From NCBI RefSeq assembly GCF_000143415.4, contig NW_003314266.1, positions 890,463 through 954,462 on the forward strand: 64,000 nt of DNA, given 5' to 3'. Positions within the stretch are counted from its first letter, which is position 1. Each line of letters opens with the position of its first letter. Positions 11,254-23,700 of this stretch are shown here, one piece after another. Origin of the DNA: Selaginella moellendorffii (lineage: Eukaryota > Plantae > Lycopodiophyta). Under the pieces are notes generated by a model that worked only from the letters and a program-made list of their open reading frames with translations, had not been told where the DNA came from and ran no database searches. The position numbers and the translations under genes are program-made.

Positions 11254-14200
11254 GGCCTCCTCGGCCTTTCCAATCTTCTTCACTATAGCATCCAGCGGCT
11301 TCTCTCTGGTGACGCCTTTGCCGGACTTGTGCTCGCTGCTACCGCCGCCACCGGCCCCTCCTCCTCCGCCACCTCTGTTCTTCCGGCCATAAGCCTTGAG
11401 CGGCTTGGCCTTGCCTCCCTCCACCTCGGGCTCTCCCCCCTCTCGCGTGTCGTCCTCTTCCCCGCCACCTTTGCTGCTGGGAACGCCGCCGCCGGGGCTC
11501 AAGCTCGCGCTCTTGGACCTGCTGTTGTCGCTCGCCGCGTTCTCTACAGCTCCGGTGGTTGTCGTCGTGGTGGTGGTGGTGGGAGTAGTCGTCGCGGGTA
11601 CACTCGCCTGGCGTGCTGGTGTCGTGCTTACTGCTGTGGCGGCGGTGGCTTTGGTTGAACAGTTCTCGAGCGCAGTAGCAGGCTTTTTGGTCTCTCTCTT
11701 CCGCGGGGCCGCCTTGTCGGGCTTTGTAGCGCCGGCTTCTGCTTGCATCAGCTTGTCCATCTCTTCCATCACCAGCTTCCTCATCACCACCGCTGCGCTG
11801 TGCTCCGGCGAATCTCGCGGGTAGAAAACGATGCAGTTGTTGAAGACGAGTAAGATGTCCCGGAAAAACTCCAGACTGCCCGAGTATGCTCCCTCCTTGA
11901 GGCGTGCTCTTATCATGTTGAGATCAATGTGCCTTCGAACAACTTGAGCATAGCGAGGATCGTCCTGCACGAGTACAGAGCGAATTAACATAAACTATCA
12001 AGGATAAGGTACCTGGCTTTCTTGTTTCTGCTTGAAGAAAGAAGCTTGCTTGTGGTTGGAAATCGTCCGGAGGCAGTCCATGAGAGGTTGAAGCTTGAGG
12101 ATGTGCGCGGTTTCGTTTTTGGTCCTCCTACTTGTTGGAGAGTCCTCGGGCCCGTCGGCTTGAGAGCCAACATCACTTCGTTCAACTCGGCTGTCCTTCG
12201 ACTGCTCGAGAGCACTGCCACTGCCCTCGTTAACACTTGCTGGAGAACCAATGTCCTGCGTACTGGCCCTCGAAACCACTGCATTGTCAGCTTTTTCCAC
12301 TGAGTCGGCCTGACGAGTTCCTCCCTGTGACTCGTCGCTCTTCTCGTTCAAATCCGCAGCAGGCTTTACGTCTGTGCTCGAAGAATGTTGAGCAGCACTG
12401 GCGCTCGATTCCTTCTCGTCCTGCGAGACTCGCCTCGCGTTTGGCTGCTCGGTAACAATATCTACCACCAACCCGTCGACCTGGACAACGTCGTCGTCTG
12501 CTGGCTGATTAGCATCCGACTTCGTAACATCTTCGGCCTCCGGGACATGCGTACTCAAAACTGGAAGTGGCTCGTCACTTGCTTTTGTCCCCTCGGTGTC
12601 CAAAAGCATCTCACTCCCTGACTCGACGGTGGTAGGAGCCACTGCTGTGTTTTCGGAAGCAGATCCTACAAAATTGCCGTCGGATGCTCTGACAGCTTCC
12701 TTGCCTCCGGTAACATCTGCAGAAGCCTTAGGATCGCCAGCGGCAATTGCTGATGGCTCCCCTTGATCAACAATTGGTAACTTATCCACCTTAGCATCTT
12801 CCATATCCTCAACGCCAGGAACATCAGAGCTAACAGCTTCAACAGTTTCCTTCTCTTCCACCGCTGGTGCTTGCCTTTTCTCTTCCGATAAAACTTCGGT
12901 TGATTTTCCATCACCTTCCATTCCATCTCCGTCATCTTGACAAGTACCATCCTTTACGGGAGCCCGCGCTGCATCGTCTGGTTCGGTATCAGAAGCAACG
13001 ACTTCTTTACTAGCAGTTTCTCGTTCGGACTGTTTACTCTTGCCAATGTCAGCTTCATTCTTCAAGCAAACCATGTCATCACCACCCGGTTTTGTCTCGT
13101 CTTCATCCTGGCGCATTCCTTCATGCGACCCATCTGCTACTACTTTATCTATATCCTCGACCCGCTTCTCTGTATCAACATCTGTGACTACTTCTACCTT
13201 CTGTGCACTGTGAGATTGATCCTCCATATCTACATCCCTTACCGCTGCTTCTGATGCTTTTTCTGTGTCGGCTGCCTCCACCTCCGCAGATTCATCTGTT
13301 GCCACCTTCGCATCTTCCATCGCCTCTGTTGCAGGTTTCCCATCAGCAGTTTCTTCATACTTCTTGACTTCGTCCATACTATCCCTCTTTGCATCATTTT
13401 CAACGGTCGAAACCTCATTGCTCTTAGAGATCCCTGTCTCCTCAGTGCCAACGCCACCTGGAGGATTCCTCTTGTCGACTTCCACGTCCCCATCTTGGAC
13501 AACACAACTCTCTGGAGCGCTTTGATCCGCTGGCTTTGTATGCTCCACTAAGCCAGCGCCAGGCTTTTCCGAAGCGTGCTGCTTGCTCGTAACCTGCAAG
13601 CTCTGCGCTCTCTCAGCCTTGAGCCTCTTCAATCTGTTTGTCAAGGACCTGCCTTGCCAAAGGCCACCTCAGAACAAAGAAAATTTTCCAAAAACCAAGC
13701 ACTACTCACGCTATACACCCATCGTGCCACTCAAGCTCTCGTTTGAGATGTGCCATCCTTCGTTTGCGAACATCGTCAAACCATGAAGGGTACTGCTCTC
13801 TACACGAACCAAAAAAAAAAAAAAAACTTGTATCATCTATCAAACGACAAAAAATAAAAATGGTGAGCCATCACCTTCCATTCCCACCGTTGCAGTATCC
13901 CGATCCGCCATAGCGACCGCAAAGAGCATCAAACTTGCTCTTACAGGCCTGCGAGAACCACACAACAAAATTTCAATAATATTGCCCAGATATCATTTTT
14001 CTAATGGAAGATCTAGCGCAAAGAGAGAATGCTTACCTCCTGGGAGAAAGACGACGATGGCAGGCTGAGGAGCTTGACCCGCGCTTGGAGCTCGCTAGCC
14101 ACGGAGCTCCAATCGCCGGTCCCATGCCGGGCCACTGCGCTCACGAGGAAGAGCTCCTCGAGCGTCCCCCACGCCACGACTGCCGATCCCGACGCCTCGG

Positions 14201-14285
14201 CTACGCATTCATCCTCTTGCGGCCGCTGCTGCTGGGCGAGAATCTGTGGCTGCGGCGGCTGCTGGAGAATACGCGCATCTTCCAT
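10882..14285 (-). CDS. SANT/Myb-like + bromodomain protein (plant BRD4/BRD8-like chromatin factor)
   Basis: N-terminal WGTLEELFLVSAVARHGTGDWSSVASEL (SANT-like), long acidic linker, bromodomain (LRTISNHKQASFF..YAQVVRRHIDLNMIRARL..FFRDILLVFNNCIVFY) and basic tail. Confidence 0.9.
11213..11251. repeat. (GCC)13 coding microsatellite (poly-Ala)
   Basis: Perfect GCC run encoding an Ala tract in the bromodomain gene. Confidence 0.9.
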
Positions 14286-14510
14286 GAGGCGCGCTGCATC
14301 TATCAGATCCCAATTCGCGCCCCAACCTAGGGTTCTTGCAGTGGTTTAGGAGGAGATCTTGAATCAATGTCGCAACACACCTCCATTTTGGAAGAGCCCT
14401 AGATTTCGCGAAAGGAATCGAACCACTGCCCTTTTTATAATGAGGCCCTTTAAAAAATTGGGCACGCGAATGGGAATGGAACCCCGGATCGTTGGTTTTA
14501 CTTGCTTAGC

Positions 14511-14985
14511 ATGAGCGACGAGGAGAAGAGGGAGAGCGCTTGGGGCTTCGAGGAGGCGCCATCGCCATCGCCATCGCCATCGCCACCAGCATCGCCGCCA
14601 GCGACATCGCCGACAGTGCCGCTGCTGCCCGTGCATCAAGCATCACCGATGCCGCTGGTTCTTGCGGGGGTATCGACTGGCCAGATGCTCTTGCTCAAGC
14701 GATTCAAGGATGCGGTGAGGCAGGGCAAGCCGATTCCAAATATGCACATCATCCAGCCAGTTCTTCTCGGTGGCGCCGGCGCTTGCGCATTTGGAGGTCT
14801 CCTGAGCGCGCTTGGCTTTTTACGGGTATGATTTTTTCCTGTGTCCTACATTCTTTTGTTTGATCGCTCTAGGCTGTTACAGTTCGACAAGATCTTTGGA
14901 GCTCGCAAGCCACAGATCGAGGCGTGATCGGGTTCGTAAAGTTGCCAGTTTTCATGGTTTTTCTTGGATTCACTTTGATTTTGTG
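14511..14985 (+). CDS. Small hypothetical membrane protein, divergent from the bromodomain gene; 3' exon uncertain
   Basis: MSDEEKRESAWGFEEAPSPSP..., Gly/Ala-rich hydrophobic segment, GTATGA donor at about 14826 and a ctctag acceptor at about 14872. Confidence 0.45.
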
Positions 14986-15114
14986 ATGTTGCCAGGTTTC
15001 CTGGATAGGAATTCGTTCTAGTTTGTTTTTTTGAGAAGGAAAGAGACATCTTTTTGCCAAAGACGAAGAAGTTCTATCGGTTTAATAACAAGTGCTGTTG
15101 TTTTTCACTCGAGC

Positions 15115-17268
15115 ATGGCAACTTGTAACGTTGGTGTGTTTATGGCTTTTGGTACCCTTGGCGACATACTTCCTTTAGCGGTGAGCTTCGTTCTTTCAAC
15201 AATCGCTCGCTTCTTAACTCGCGCTTATGGTTTCTCTTATTTTCTTGCAGTACGTTGCTATAGCTTTAGCTCGAGCGACTACGAAGTATTCTATTACGTT
15301 CATCACTCATGATTCGCATCAGGTATTGTGGTTTTAGCTGTACATCTCTGGAAACCGTTGCATTCACAGGTTTTGAAGGCGCTCCTTTTACCTGCTGGTA
15401 TTGTTTTGCGCTCCGTCTCAACACCTGCAGTCTTGACACCTGAACAGAAACGGGACTCTTTCCCAGACTCGCTTACTTCTGGTAACACAGTTCCAAAGTG
15501 TGAACTTTCACTCATCCGTGCTCGATGCGTAGAAATTCACATGGAGGAGTGCCTGGACGCGATTGAAAGTCAGGAATCCCACGGTACCATTAGCTTCATT
15601 GCAATCAATTTCTTCGCCCTGGTCGGTTTGTCTGAGTTTACGATCACGCTTTTACCTGTGTTTCGGTTCCTTCGTCAGGAAGGCTGGCATATTGCAGAGC
15701 TTTTGAATGTGCGGTGTATCGTACTTGCGCCATATGTCATGCCTTACAGGCAAGAGAGATACTCAGTGCTCGCATAAACTTTATTGGATTTGATCTTGCG
15801 CAGTGCTCCTGCGTCGTTTGAGCGCAGCTTCAGACAAGTGTACCCTCGTCTGTACAAGCGACTACAACGAGCATCAGCTGAAGAGGTCTCTCGATATATT
15901 TTCTCGTTTTAAAACTTGCGCTTTCTGATTCAATTCACCAGGTTGGATGGAAGGATGTAACACATTGGATGTGGCCGCTTTTTACTGACAGATGGACGTC
16001 ATGGCGCGTTCGAAAGCTTCGGCTTAGCGCGTGTCCCTTGACGGTGGGCTCTTTACATCAAATGAATAACAATGTAAGCTTCCTTGCTTCAGGATCCCGT
16101 TACGGAACTACCTGTTCACGACTGGCCCCGCTCAGTACCACTCTTGTAACTTTGCTTTTAAACTTTGTCCCGTTGATTCATTCGTCCTTCAGGTATGGAT
16201 TCAGCGAGAAAGTTGTAGAATGTCCAGGTGAGTTTCTAGTTTTTGTAACCTTAAGTTTGATACGCGAGTGCTATAGGTTATTGGCCCAGCAGCGTGCGTG
16301 TGTGCGGCTTCTGGCTGCCACCTGACCGTGGGGTTTCGGGGACAACTCATCTTGCACCAAAACTTGCGGAATTTTTGTTGAGAAGCGCCGATTCCAAGCC
16401 TGTCTTTATTGGACTGAGCTCAATAACCAGGTACAATTGCGTCTTTTCTATAGGCAGCATTCAAAACTTGTGTTCTTTGTCTGCAGCATGGGCTTTCTTC
16501 AAAATCCTCTGGGGATGCTACAAGTTGTCACGGATGTTTTGAAAGCTGTAAATATGCGCGGTGTGCTTTTTACAGCCGGTCACCCGTCTCTTGAAGCAGC
16601 TGTTACGAGTGCTGCTGGTCTGGCAACGTCTTGCCTGGAGAAAGAAGGGCTCACTCTTGGTCACAACTTATTCTGCTACTCCGGGTATGAAAGCTCCATC
16701 TTTTGCCAATCAGCAACGTGTTCTTTTCCGTCTAGATATGTTCCTTACAACGATTTGTTTCCAAAATGCTCAGTAGTCATTCATCACGGTGGAAGGTAAC
16801 AAAGCCATTCACATCTTCATCTGGCTCGGACAAACGCTTTTGTGTTTTCGCAGTGGAACGACTGCTGCTTGTCTTCATGCCGGAGTTCCTCAGGTAATCT
16901 AATCTCTTCGTGAATCTCCTCGTGTTTCTTACCAACACGTTTACAGGTGATATGCCCGTTTATTCTCGACCAGTTCTACTGGGCGGAGCGAATGTCATGG
17001 CTTGGAGTGTCTCCACAGCCTCTCAAGCCATACCATCTCGTCCCCGATGCGACCAAGCTTGAAATCTCGGGAGCCGTGGACGCAGTAACTCTGGCAGTGC
17101 GCGAGGCTTTGACAGACAGAATCAAAACAAACGCCATGGAACTCGCAAGCAGCATCAATGACGAGGTACTCTTAAACGCTTACGATTTGGTCTAAAGCTC
17201 AAACTGGAACTCCAATGCAGGATGGCTGTTCCAGAGCTGTGCAAATTATAATGGAAGAAACGCCGTAA
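15115..17268 (+). CDS. GT1-family UDP-glycosyltransferase (sterol-glucosyltransferase-like, At5g24750-type), many short exons
   Basis: FMAFGTLGDILPLA, AINFFAL/EGWHIAE, WMWPLFTDRW, VPYNDLFPKCSVVIHHGG/SGTTAACLHAGVPQ/VICPFILDQFYWAERM. Stop TAA at 17266-17268. Confidence 0.9.
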
Positions 17269-17312
17269 AAACTTTCTCGGAAGTGGAAAGAAGAGAGAAC
17301 AAGCACTGCTCT

Positions 17313-17804
17313 CTAAGCCATGATCTTGGCAGACTTCAAGTAGAGGCTATCCACCACCTTGCTCACGTTCGAGATGGTATCCAGCGTCGCCGGATAGATC
17401 CCATCCGTTTGGGCCGAGTCGAAGATGATGAGGCACCCGGCACCCTGGTCCAGCGTCCCCAAGAACTTCTTATCCAGTATCATCTGCGACAGCTTCTTCT
17501 CCACCGTCTCAATGGGCAGCCCGATGAGCCGCGAGATGTGCGTGATCTCCACCCGCGAGAAAGGCTCGATCAGCCGGCAGAGGTTCTGCTCCAGCAGCGT
17601 GTCGTAGAGCGACGAGAGGTGCCGGTGGACGATGGGATCCTCCTCCAGCTGCGGCTTGTACGTGGCCAGCGCCTCCTCGAAGTCCTTGAGCGAGCGCTTG
17701 GCGTAAGCTTCCGCCACAGCTTTCATGGCGTCGAGCTCCACCCCGGTGTACTTGAGCCCGGCCTTGGACGAGATCAAGCTGCCAACGTCGTCGGCCTGGT
17801 TGGT

Positions 17805-17836
<32 letters not shown>

Positions 17837-18635
17837 AGAACACGGCCCTGGGATCGTCCAGCGCGTTGAAGGCCTCGAATCCCTCGTAGAAGTAGCTGAA
17901 GCCCGTCTTGTAGTCCTTCTCCTCGGCGTGGAGGATGCCGCTCTGGAGATCGATGGTTCCCTGCTGCGCTGGAGGAACGTAGATCGCGTTGGCGGCGGTC
18001 CTGGCGGCCGTGAGCGCCGCCTTGGCCTTGGGGAGGTTGCGCAGCGCGAAGTGGAGCTTGCTCTCGAGGAGATCGATGTCGACGAGGAGGAGCTTGTCGT
18101 CGAGCTTGCGGACTTCTCTCACGAGCTTCGTGATGAGCGCCAGCGCCTCGGAGTAGTCTTTCACTTCCATGAGCAGCGCTGCGAGGCGCGCTTCCACTCT
18201 CTGCCGGAGGAACGTCCTCTTCTCGGTGCGCGTCCACTCCACCATCTCCCGGCACAGCGATATTTGCAGCGTGGAGGTGCCTGGGATCTTGGCCACGGCG
18301 TCGATCACCCCGCGCACGATCTTGGCGGTCTTGGCCTTTGGGATTACGGCGAAGAAGGGGCGGAGCTCCGTGAGCAGGCTGCGCAGATCCTCGGCCCTCT
18401 TTTGCTGCGAGAAGAGCTCCGACAGCACCGAGATTGCCTGCTCCTTCACGCGCAGCACCTCCGCCGCGCTGGACGAGTCCCGCAGCACGGATTGCAGCAG
18501 CGAGATCGCCCTGGGCGGGTCCGCGTCTTGAATCTCCAGCGCCTGAGCTAGGATCTCCTCCGCCCCGGCTGACGGAGGCGGCGGTGGCATCAGGGACGAG
18601 GAGGACGATGCTTGCGCGACAACCGCAGTAGCCAT
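17313..18635 (-). CDS. RPN6: 26S proteasome lid subunit RPN6 (PSMD11), intronless
   Basis: IPKAKTAKIVR, EKRTFLRQRVEARL, LQSGILHAEEKDYKT, LYDTLLEQNLCRLIEPFSRVE (PCI domain). First ATG at 18635. Confidence 0.98.
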
Positions 18636-18953
18636 GGCGGCCAAATATAAACCCTAGCCTCCGGATCTACCCCGCGCCGCGCGTGACAGTCGCTTACCTC
18701 GATCGATCGCCTAGAGGAAGAGAGAGTGAAAAGAAAGAACTAGGGTTTGGACAACTACTGTGGCGGGCCGCCACAGCACCGCCAGTACACGCGCTGGAGC
18801 CCTAATTCCCGGGGCATAAATATCAAGAGCCCTAATTAGGTCGGTCTCTTTTGGGGCAGCGCGCGAGGGTTTCGAGCGCGGGGGCCGCGGGCGCGGGCGC
18901 CGATTTCTTTCCACGACTAGCACGAACACCACCAGCGGCGGCGGCGATCCAGC
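18636..18953. promoter_or_regulatory. Compact bidirectional promoter between RPN6 and eIF1A, with telo-boxes
   Basis: About 320 bp between divergent ATGs; aaaccctag at about 18649 and ctagggttt at about 18740. Confidence 0.6.
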
Positions 18954-19388
18954 ATGCCGAAGAACAAGGGAAAGGGAGGGAAGAACCGGAAGCGAGGTAA
19001 GAACGAGGCGGACGATGAGAAGCGCGAGCTCGTGTTCAAGGAGGACGGGCAGGAGTACGCGCAGGTGATCCGGATGCTGGGCAACGGGCGCTGCGAGTCG
19101 ATGTGCATCGATGGGATCAAGCGGATGTGCCACATCCGGGGCAAGATGCACAAGAAGGTGTGGATCGCGGCGGGGGATATCATTCTGGTGGGGCTGCGGG
19201 ACTACCAGGATGATAAGGCGGATGTGATCCTCAAGTACCAGCCCGACGAGGCGCGGCTGCTCAAGGCGTACAACGAGCTGCCCGATAACATCCGGCTCAA
19301 CGAGGGGATTGCCAGCGTCATGGACGACGAGGAGGAGGGCGGCGACGATTACATCGAGTTTGAGGACGAGGACATCGACAAGATCTAA
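18954..19388 (+). CDS. eIF1A: Eukaryotic translation initiation factor 1A
   Basis: [47 protein letters not shown], acidic tail. Confidence 0.99.
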   Translation: MPKNKGKGGKNRKRGKNEADDEKRELVFKEDGQEYAQVIRMLGNGRCESMCIDGIKRMCHIRGKMHKKVWIAAGDIILVGLRDYQDDKADVILKYQPDEARLLKAYNELPDNIRLNEGIASVMDDEEEGGDDYIEFEDEDIDKI

Positions 19389-19803
19389 GAGGGCAGCTAA
19401 GCACTGCTTTGTTTCTATATATCTCTCTCTTCTCTTCTATTCTACTAGAAGCACGAGAACAAAGAGTCAATGAGAGAAATCTTCATTGATCGACCCAATT
19501 CATCTCTAGCGTTTGGATTGTTTTCTCGGAGAAACCGATTGTTGGAAGAGAGATCCTAGAAATCTCTCGTGGTGGATGGATCTCCACCAGAAACACACAA
19601 TGAAATCTCCATTGATCGATCCAATTCGCAAGTGATTTGGATTACCCGAATTCGAGCGGATAGAGATCTACGCACCACTCACTCCCGTGGGTCCAAAGAT
19701 CTACGTTTCTCGTGGGTCCAACGATCTACTCTCTTCGTTTCTAGAGAATTCTCTTGTGCCTGTCTCTAGCGAAGAACCCTAAAAGAGAACGTTCTCTAAT
19801 CGC

Positions 19804-20379
19804 TCACCTCCTCTTCTTCACCACCGCGGCCTTGAGCGACGCGGCCGTGTCCACCGCATAGCCGCCAATCGGGGGTAGAATCGTGGGCGGCACTGCCTTG
19901 AGCGCCGTCTTCCTCATCCCCATCACCGGCGTCTTGATCCCGGCGCGGAGGTGATCCGGCAGCGCCCCGATCGCCGCCACCTTCGCCGCCAGCATCCGCC
20001 CCTCGGACCACTGCTTCTCCCTGTGCTCGTTCATCAAGATCCGGCTGGTCTCCTTGGCCAGCCGGTTGAGCTCCGCCAGCATCGTCTGCCGCTCGCCGTC
20101 GCTGATCTTGATCTTGGGCTCGATCGTCTTGCGCTTGGATTGCACCTGGACGCGAATCGTTGCGCCGACCCCAGCGTCCTTGACATTCTTGCTCTCCACG
20201 CCCTTCTTGCCCAGCTTCTTGCCGGCCCCCGCCCCACCCTTCTTGTAGCCGCTCTTCTTGGCCGCCTCCACGATCTTACCCTTCTTCGTGCCAGACACGC
20301 CCAGCACGCGATTCGTGGAGATGCCGCGCCACGGCACCGCCCATGGGATCACCTGGCGCAAGCGCCCCAAGATCACCAT
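19804..20379 (-). CDS. Probable mitochondrial ribosomal protein mL40 (MRP-L28 family)
   Basis: Basic presequence; SRILMNEHR..KVAAIGALPDHLRA..TILPPIGGY resembles plant mL40 (AIEALP..L...A..TLTPPIEGY). Confidence 0.65.
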   Translation of the reverse strand: MVILGRLRQVIPWAVPWRGISTNRVLGVSGTKKGKIVEAAKKSGYKKGGAGAGKKLGKKGVESKNVKDAGVGATIRVQVQSKRKTIEPKIKISDGERQTMLAELNRLAKETSRILMNEHREKQWSEGRMLAAKVAAIGALPDHLRAGIKTPVMGMRKTALKAVPPTILPPIGGYAVDTAASLKAAVVKKRR

Positions 20380-20389
20380 AGAGATGCCC

Positions 20390-20462
20390 AGAAATTTAGG
20401 GTTCTTGGTTCCAGAAATTTAGGGTTCCTGGGCATTTCAGAAATTTAGGGTTCTTGGGCATT
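20390..20462 (-). promoter_or_regulatory. Three tandem telo-box-like units filling the TCAIM-mL40 spacer
   Basis: agaaatttagggttc(t/c)tgg occurs three times. Confidence 0.6.
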
Positions 20463-20484
20463 TCTAGAGATGAAAAATGCCCAT

Positions 20485-21974
20485 CTAGAGATCGGCCATG
20501 TTGAAATTCCATCGCAAGTGCATCATGCTTCTCGTCCCGGGAATTGGCAGCCGATACTCATCCGAGATGCAAATGGACAGCCCCTCCGTCAAGAGCCTCA
20601 GCCTGGTGGAGTGATTCAGCAGTCTCATGCAAGCCGATCGGATTTGCTCCATCTCCAGCTCCGGCGCAAACACCAAGTTCCTCAATCGCAGCTTCTTCCG
20701 GACGTGGAGATTGAGATTCCCCAGCTTCTCCTCCTCGGCCTTGAACTCGATCCTCCTCTTGACAGCCTCACGGCCCCTCTCGTTGACGAACTTGTAGATC
20801 TCTGCCAAGTTCTCGGTCACCGGCACGTTGATATACCCCATTCGATCGTCGACGCTCATGCTGCTGCCACTGCTGCTCGTCACTCGAATCGGGAGATCGT
20901 GAAACTTTCCATCACCGACAGCTCCAATCGCCTCGGCCTCGTGCAGCACCTTGTCAAGGAACGAAGAATACTCCTGCTCCAAGGAGAGCGCATCGTCTGC
21001 GAAGATCATCTCCACTTCCATCAGCCGTGCCGCTCGAAACTCCTTCACTCGCCTCTCCCGGACTGCTGCTCGCTTCGCTGCGATGGAGCTCACATCGAGC
21101 TGGCGGAAGAACTCCGCCCAGAACACCGGACCATCGTCGTGGTTGAGCCACAAGTTGCCGAGACCATCCACGCCACAGCAGCTATCACCGATGAGAAGCG
21201 CGCAGCCTTTGAGCTCGCAATCCGGGACGCTGTCAAGAGCTCGAGCTAGCGAGTGGAGGCACTGGAGCTGCGAGTCGGGCGGCAAATCCTTCCGGAACGA
21301 GACCGTCACCCCGCGGCCCAGCCGCAGCGCGTTCCTGACCACGATCATCCGCTGCTCCTGCCCAAGAACAGTCGTCTCGTTCTGCCGCTGGAGCTCCGAC
21401 GCGGTCTGGAAGAGCTCCGAGAGCTTCATCGTCAGCCTGCTCTTGGAGAGTATCTCGCCACCGCCTGTGAGGTTCCCGGAGAACTCCGGCGAGAGTCCAA
21501 ACGAGGAGAGTAGCAAGCCCAGTGCCGATCGAGTAGCAGGCAGCATCTCAGTTCCTGGCAGCGTTGCCTGTGGCGGTGGCAAGCACACCTCCACCTTCTT
21601 GATCGATTCCTCCTTCTCATCCTTGAATCCCTTGGGCTCTCGCTCGCGCCGGACGTAGAATTCGAGCTTGTACTCATTGACCGAGCAATTCACCTGGCCG
21701 CCCTTGGCGACGCGGAGGTATTCCTGGAGGAGCTGGAAGGAGCGCTGATTGATCTCCTGCCAGTCACGATTGGAGCGATTGGAGTCTCGATTGCGCAGAG
21801 AAGTGAGAGATTTACCTGGTGCTGCGGGTAACTGTGGAAGAGATCCGGATGAACGAGCTTGAACAGGCGCCGGAGCTCGTCGAGGACGTGAGGACGCGGA
21901 GATTGCTGCTGGCAGTAGCCCGCATTGCGGAATCTCTGGCAGAGGAGACGCAGCACCGACCGAGACGATTGCAT
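20485..21974 (-). CDS. TCAIM: TCAIM-like mitochondrial protein (DUF4460 J-domain-like + DUF4461), 2 exons
   Basis: LRRLFKLVHPDLFHSYPQHQ / EINQRSFQLLQEYL (DUF4460 HPD motif), spliced in frame into track ORF 20485..21693; ends in MHLRWNF. Confidence 0.8.
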
Positions 21975-22139
21975 GGAGAATTTAGGGTTCTTCGCCTTCC
22001 TGAGAATATTCGCGGGATATTTTTAGTACCATAAAATCTTGCTTCGGCAGTAGGAGTTTAGTACGGGAAGAAGGCCGGAATTGTCATGTCATGGCCTCCG
22101 CAAAACAAATAGAAACAGTGTAATGAAACTTAAGGTAAA

Positions 22140-23700
22140 GAAGCTTACCTCTACCGCTCATGAGTCTCTCGCTCAGCTCCTTTATGGAGCACCAAAGGTT
22201 TGCGAAATAAGCTCACTCAGCCCGGTTGTGGAACATTTGCATCGCAATGCAGTCGGGCCGAATTGCTGCGACAACAGGAGTATTACAAGAGGAGCAAATA
22301 GAAACCAAACCCTATACCTGGAGAATCTGGAGTGCGTCTTCCACAACCTTCTGGAAGAAGTTGAAGTGACAGTATTGCCTTCCTACCTCAAGGTCGAAGT
22401 TGTTAGCGAGCTTTTAATGTAGTGCCTGCAAGCTTAGTTCGGCCCCAGCCTGAAAATCATAAAATCATTCCATTGTAATGAAGTCATTGTATAAGCTATT
22501 AAGCTAAGTATCGAGGAACAGATTGTAGGTGGCTCGGTGAGCCACAGGACGACCCTCACAAACATTATTGTGTGCACTGGGAGCCAGAGCACCAAGGCAT
22601 CCCCTATAACAAAATGTAAGTTCTACACTTCACTTCTACATCACATAGCTCACTCGCCTTCACTTCGTGAAATTGATATGTAGCTGGTGTGATTATGCTT
22701 CTGCCAGGCTGACTTTTGCCCGAATAGGGAGAACCCTCTGTGAAAGAGGCATCGCTCCAACAGGACGGGCCCACGAAGAACTGCTTCCACGCCAGAGGCA
22801 GGCTGTCGCTGAAAGTGGTGGTAGGAGCAAAATGTTCGCCAACGTGGCCAAACCCTGTTAAAAAAAAAATAACAACAATGTCAATCAACAAACAATCTCT
22901 CAATCTCAAACTTGCGCCTTGGCTATGGGTGGCTGCTGATCCATGCAAAATGACAGATATTCCGGGCAAACAGGGAAGAGAAGAGAGAAATCTTCGTCCT
23001 TGAGGGTGTAGGGGAGATGGATGAATGCCGCACAACCGCAATAGCCCCCGAGCGTGTCACACCGCTTATAGTAAACCGCATGATGCCGCTGGCGACGGCG
23101 CCACTTGCCTTATGTGGCACTATATTTCCTATTGGACCGTTGAAGAAAACCGTTGACTAAAGTAATTAATACATCTTACCTTTATCGTCCTACCTTCAAA
23201 TGTCATCCACTGATACAACAATTTAGTGCACAAGAATCGATGGCTGCCAAGAACAAAATCAAGATACTCATATCAAGGAGCTATTGTGCAAGATCAACAC
23301 AAGTCAAGAGGAAATGCAAGCTACACATTGGTGCCTTCATCCTCATGAGCAGTCATCACGAACATACCTTTGGCAGCCAGGAAGTCGAGAAGCTTGCGTA
23401 TGTGGCTCTGGGAGAGGTCTTCAAAGGCTGCCGACTATGGTATATGGCCCCAGTGCGAGATCATCTGCATGAACAGCGAAGCCAACACTCTCATCTACAG
23501 CTGCAACGCAAGAACAGGCGTCTCTAGCGGCTTCAATGACGAGCCAAAGATGGTCATAAGCTCTGACCACAGTGCGTGAACGTTTGCGCTGAAGGCAGCA
23601 TGCTGATAGTTGCTCGGAAATAACATGAACTTTTGAATCAGGCAGGGCTGAGCATCAAAGGGATGAGCATCACCCTGCAAGGGTTACAGCCCTATGTGCC
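22140..23700 (-). pseudogene. Probable decayed multi-exon gene of unknown family
   Basis: Series of GT/AG-bounded exon-like blocks on the minus strand with in-frame stops; no recognisable domain. Confidence 0.3.

Noticed and set aside
17283-18551. 422-aa plus-strand ORF
   Set aside because: Antisense shadow of GC3-rich RPN6.
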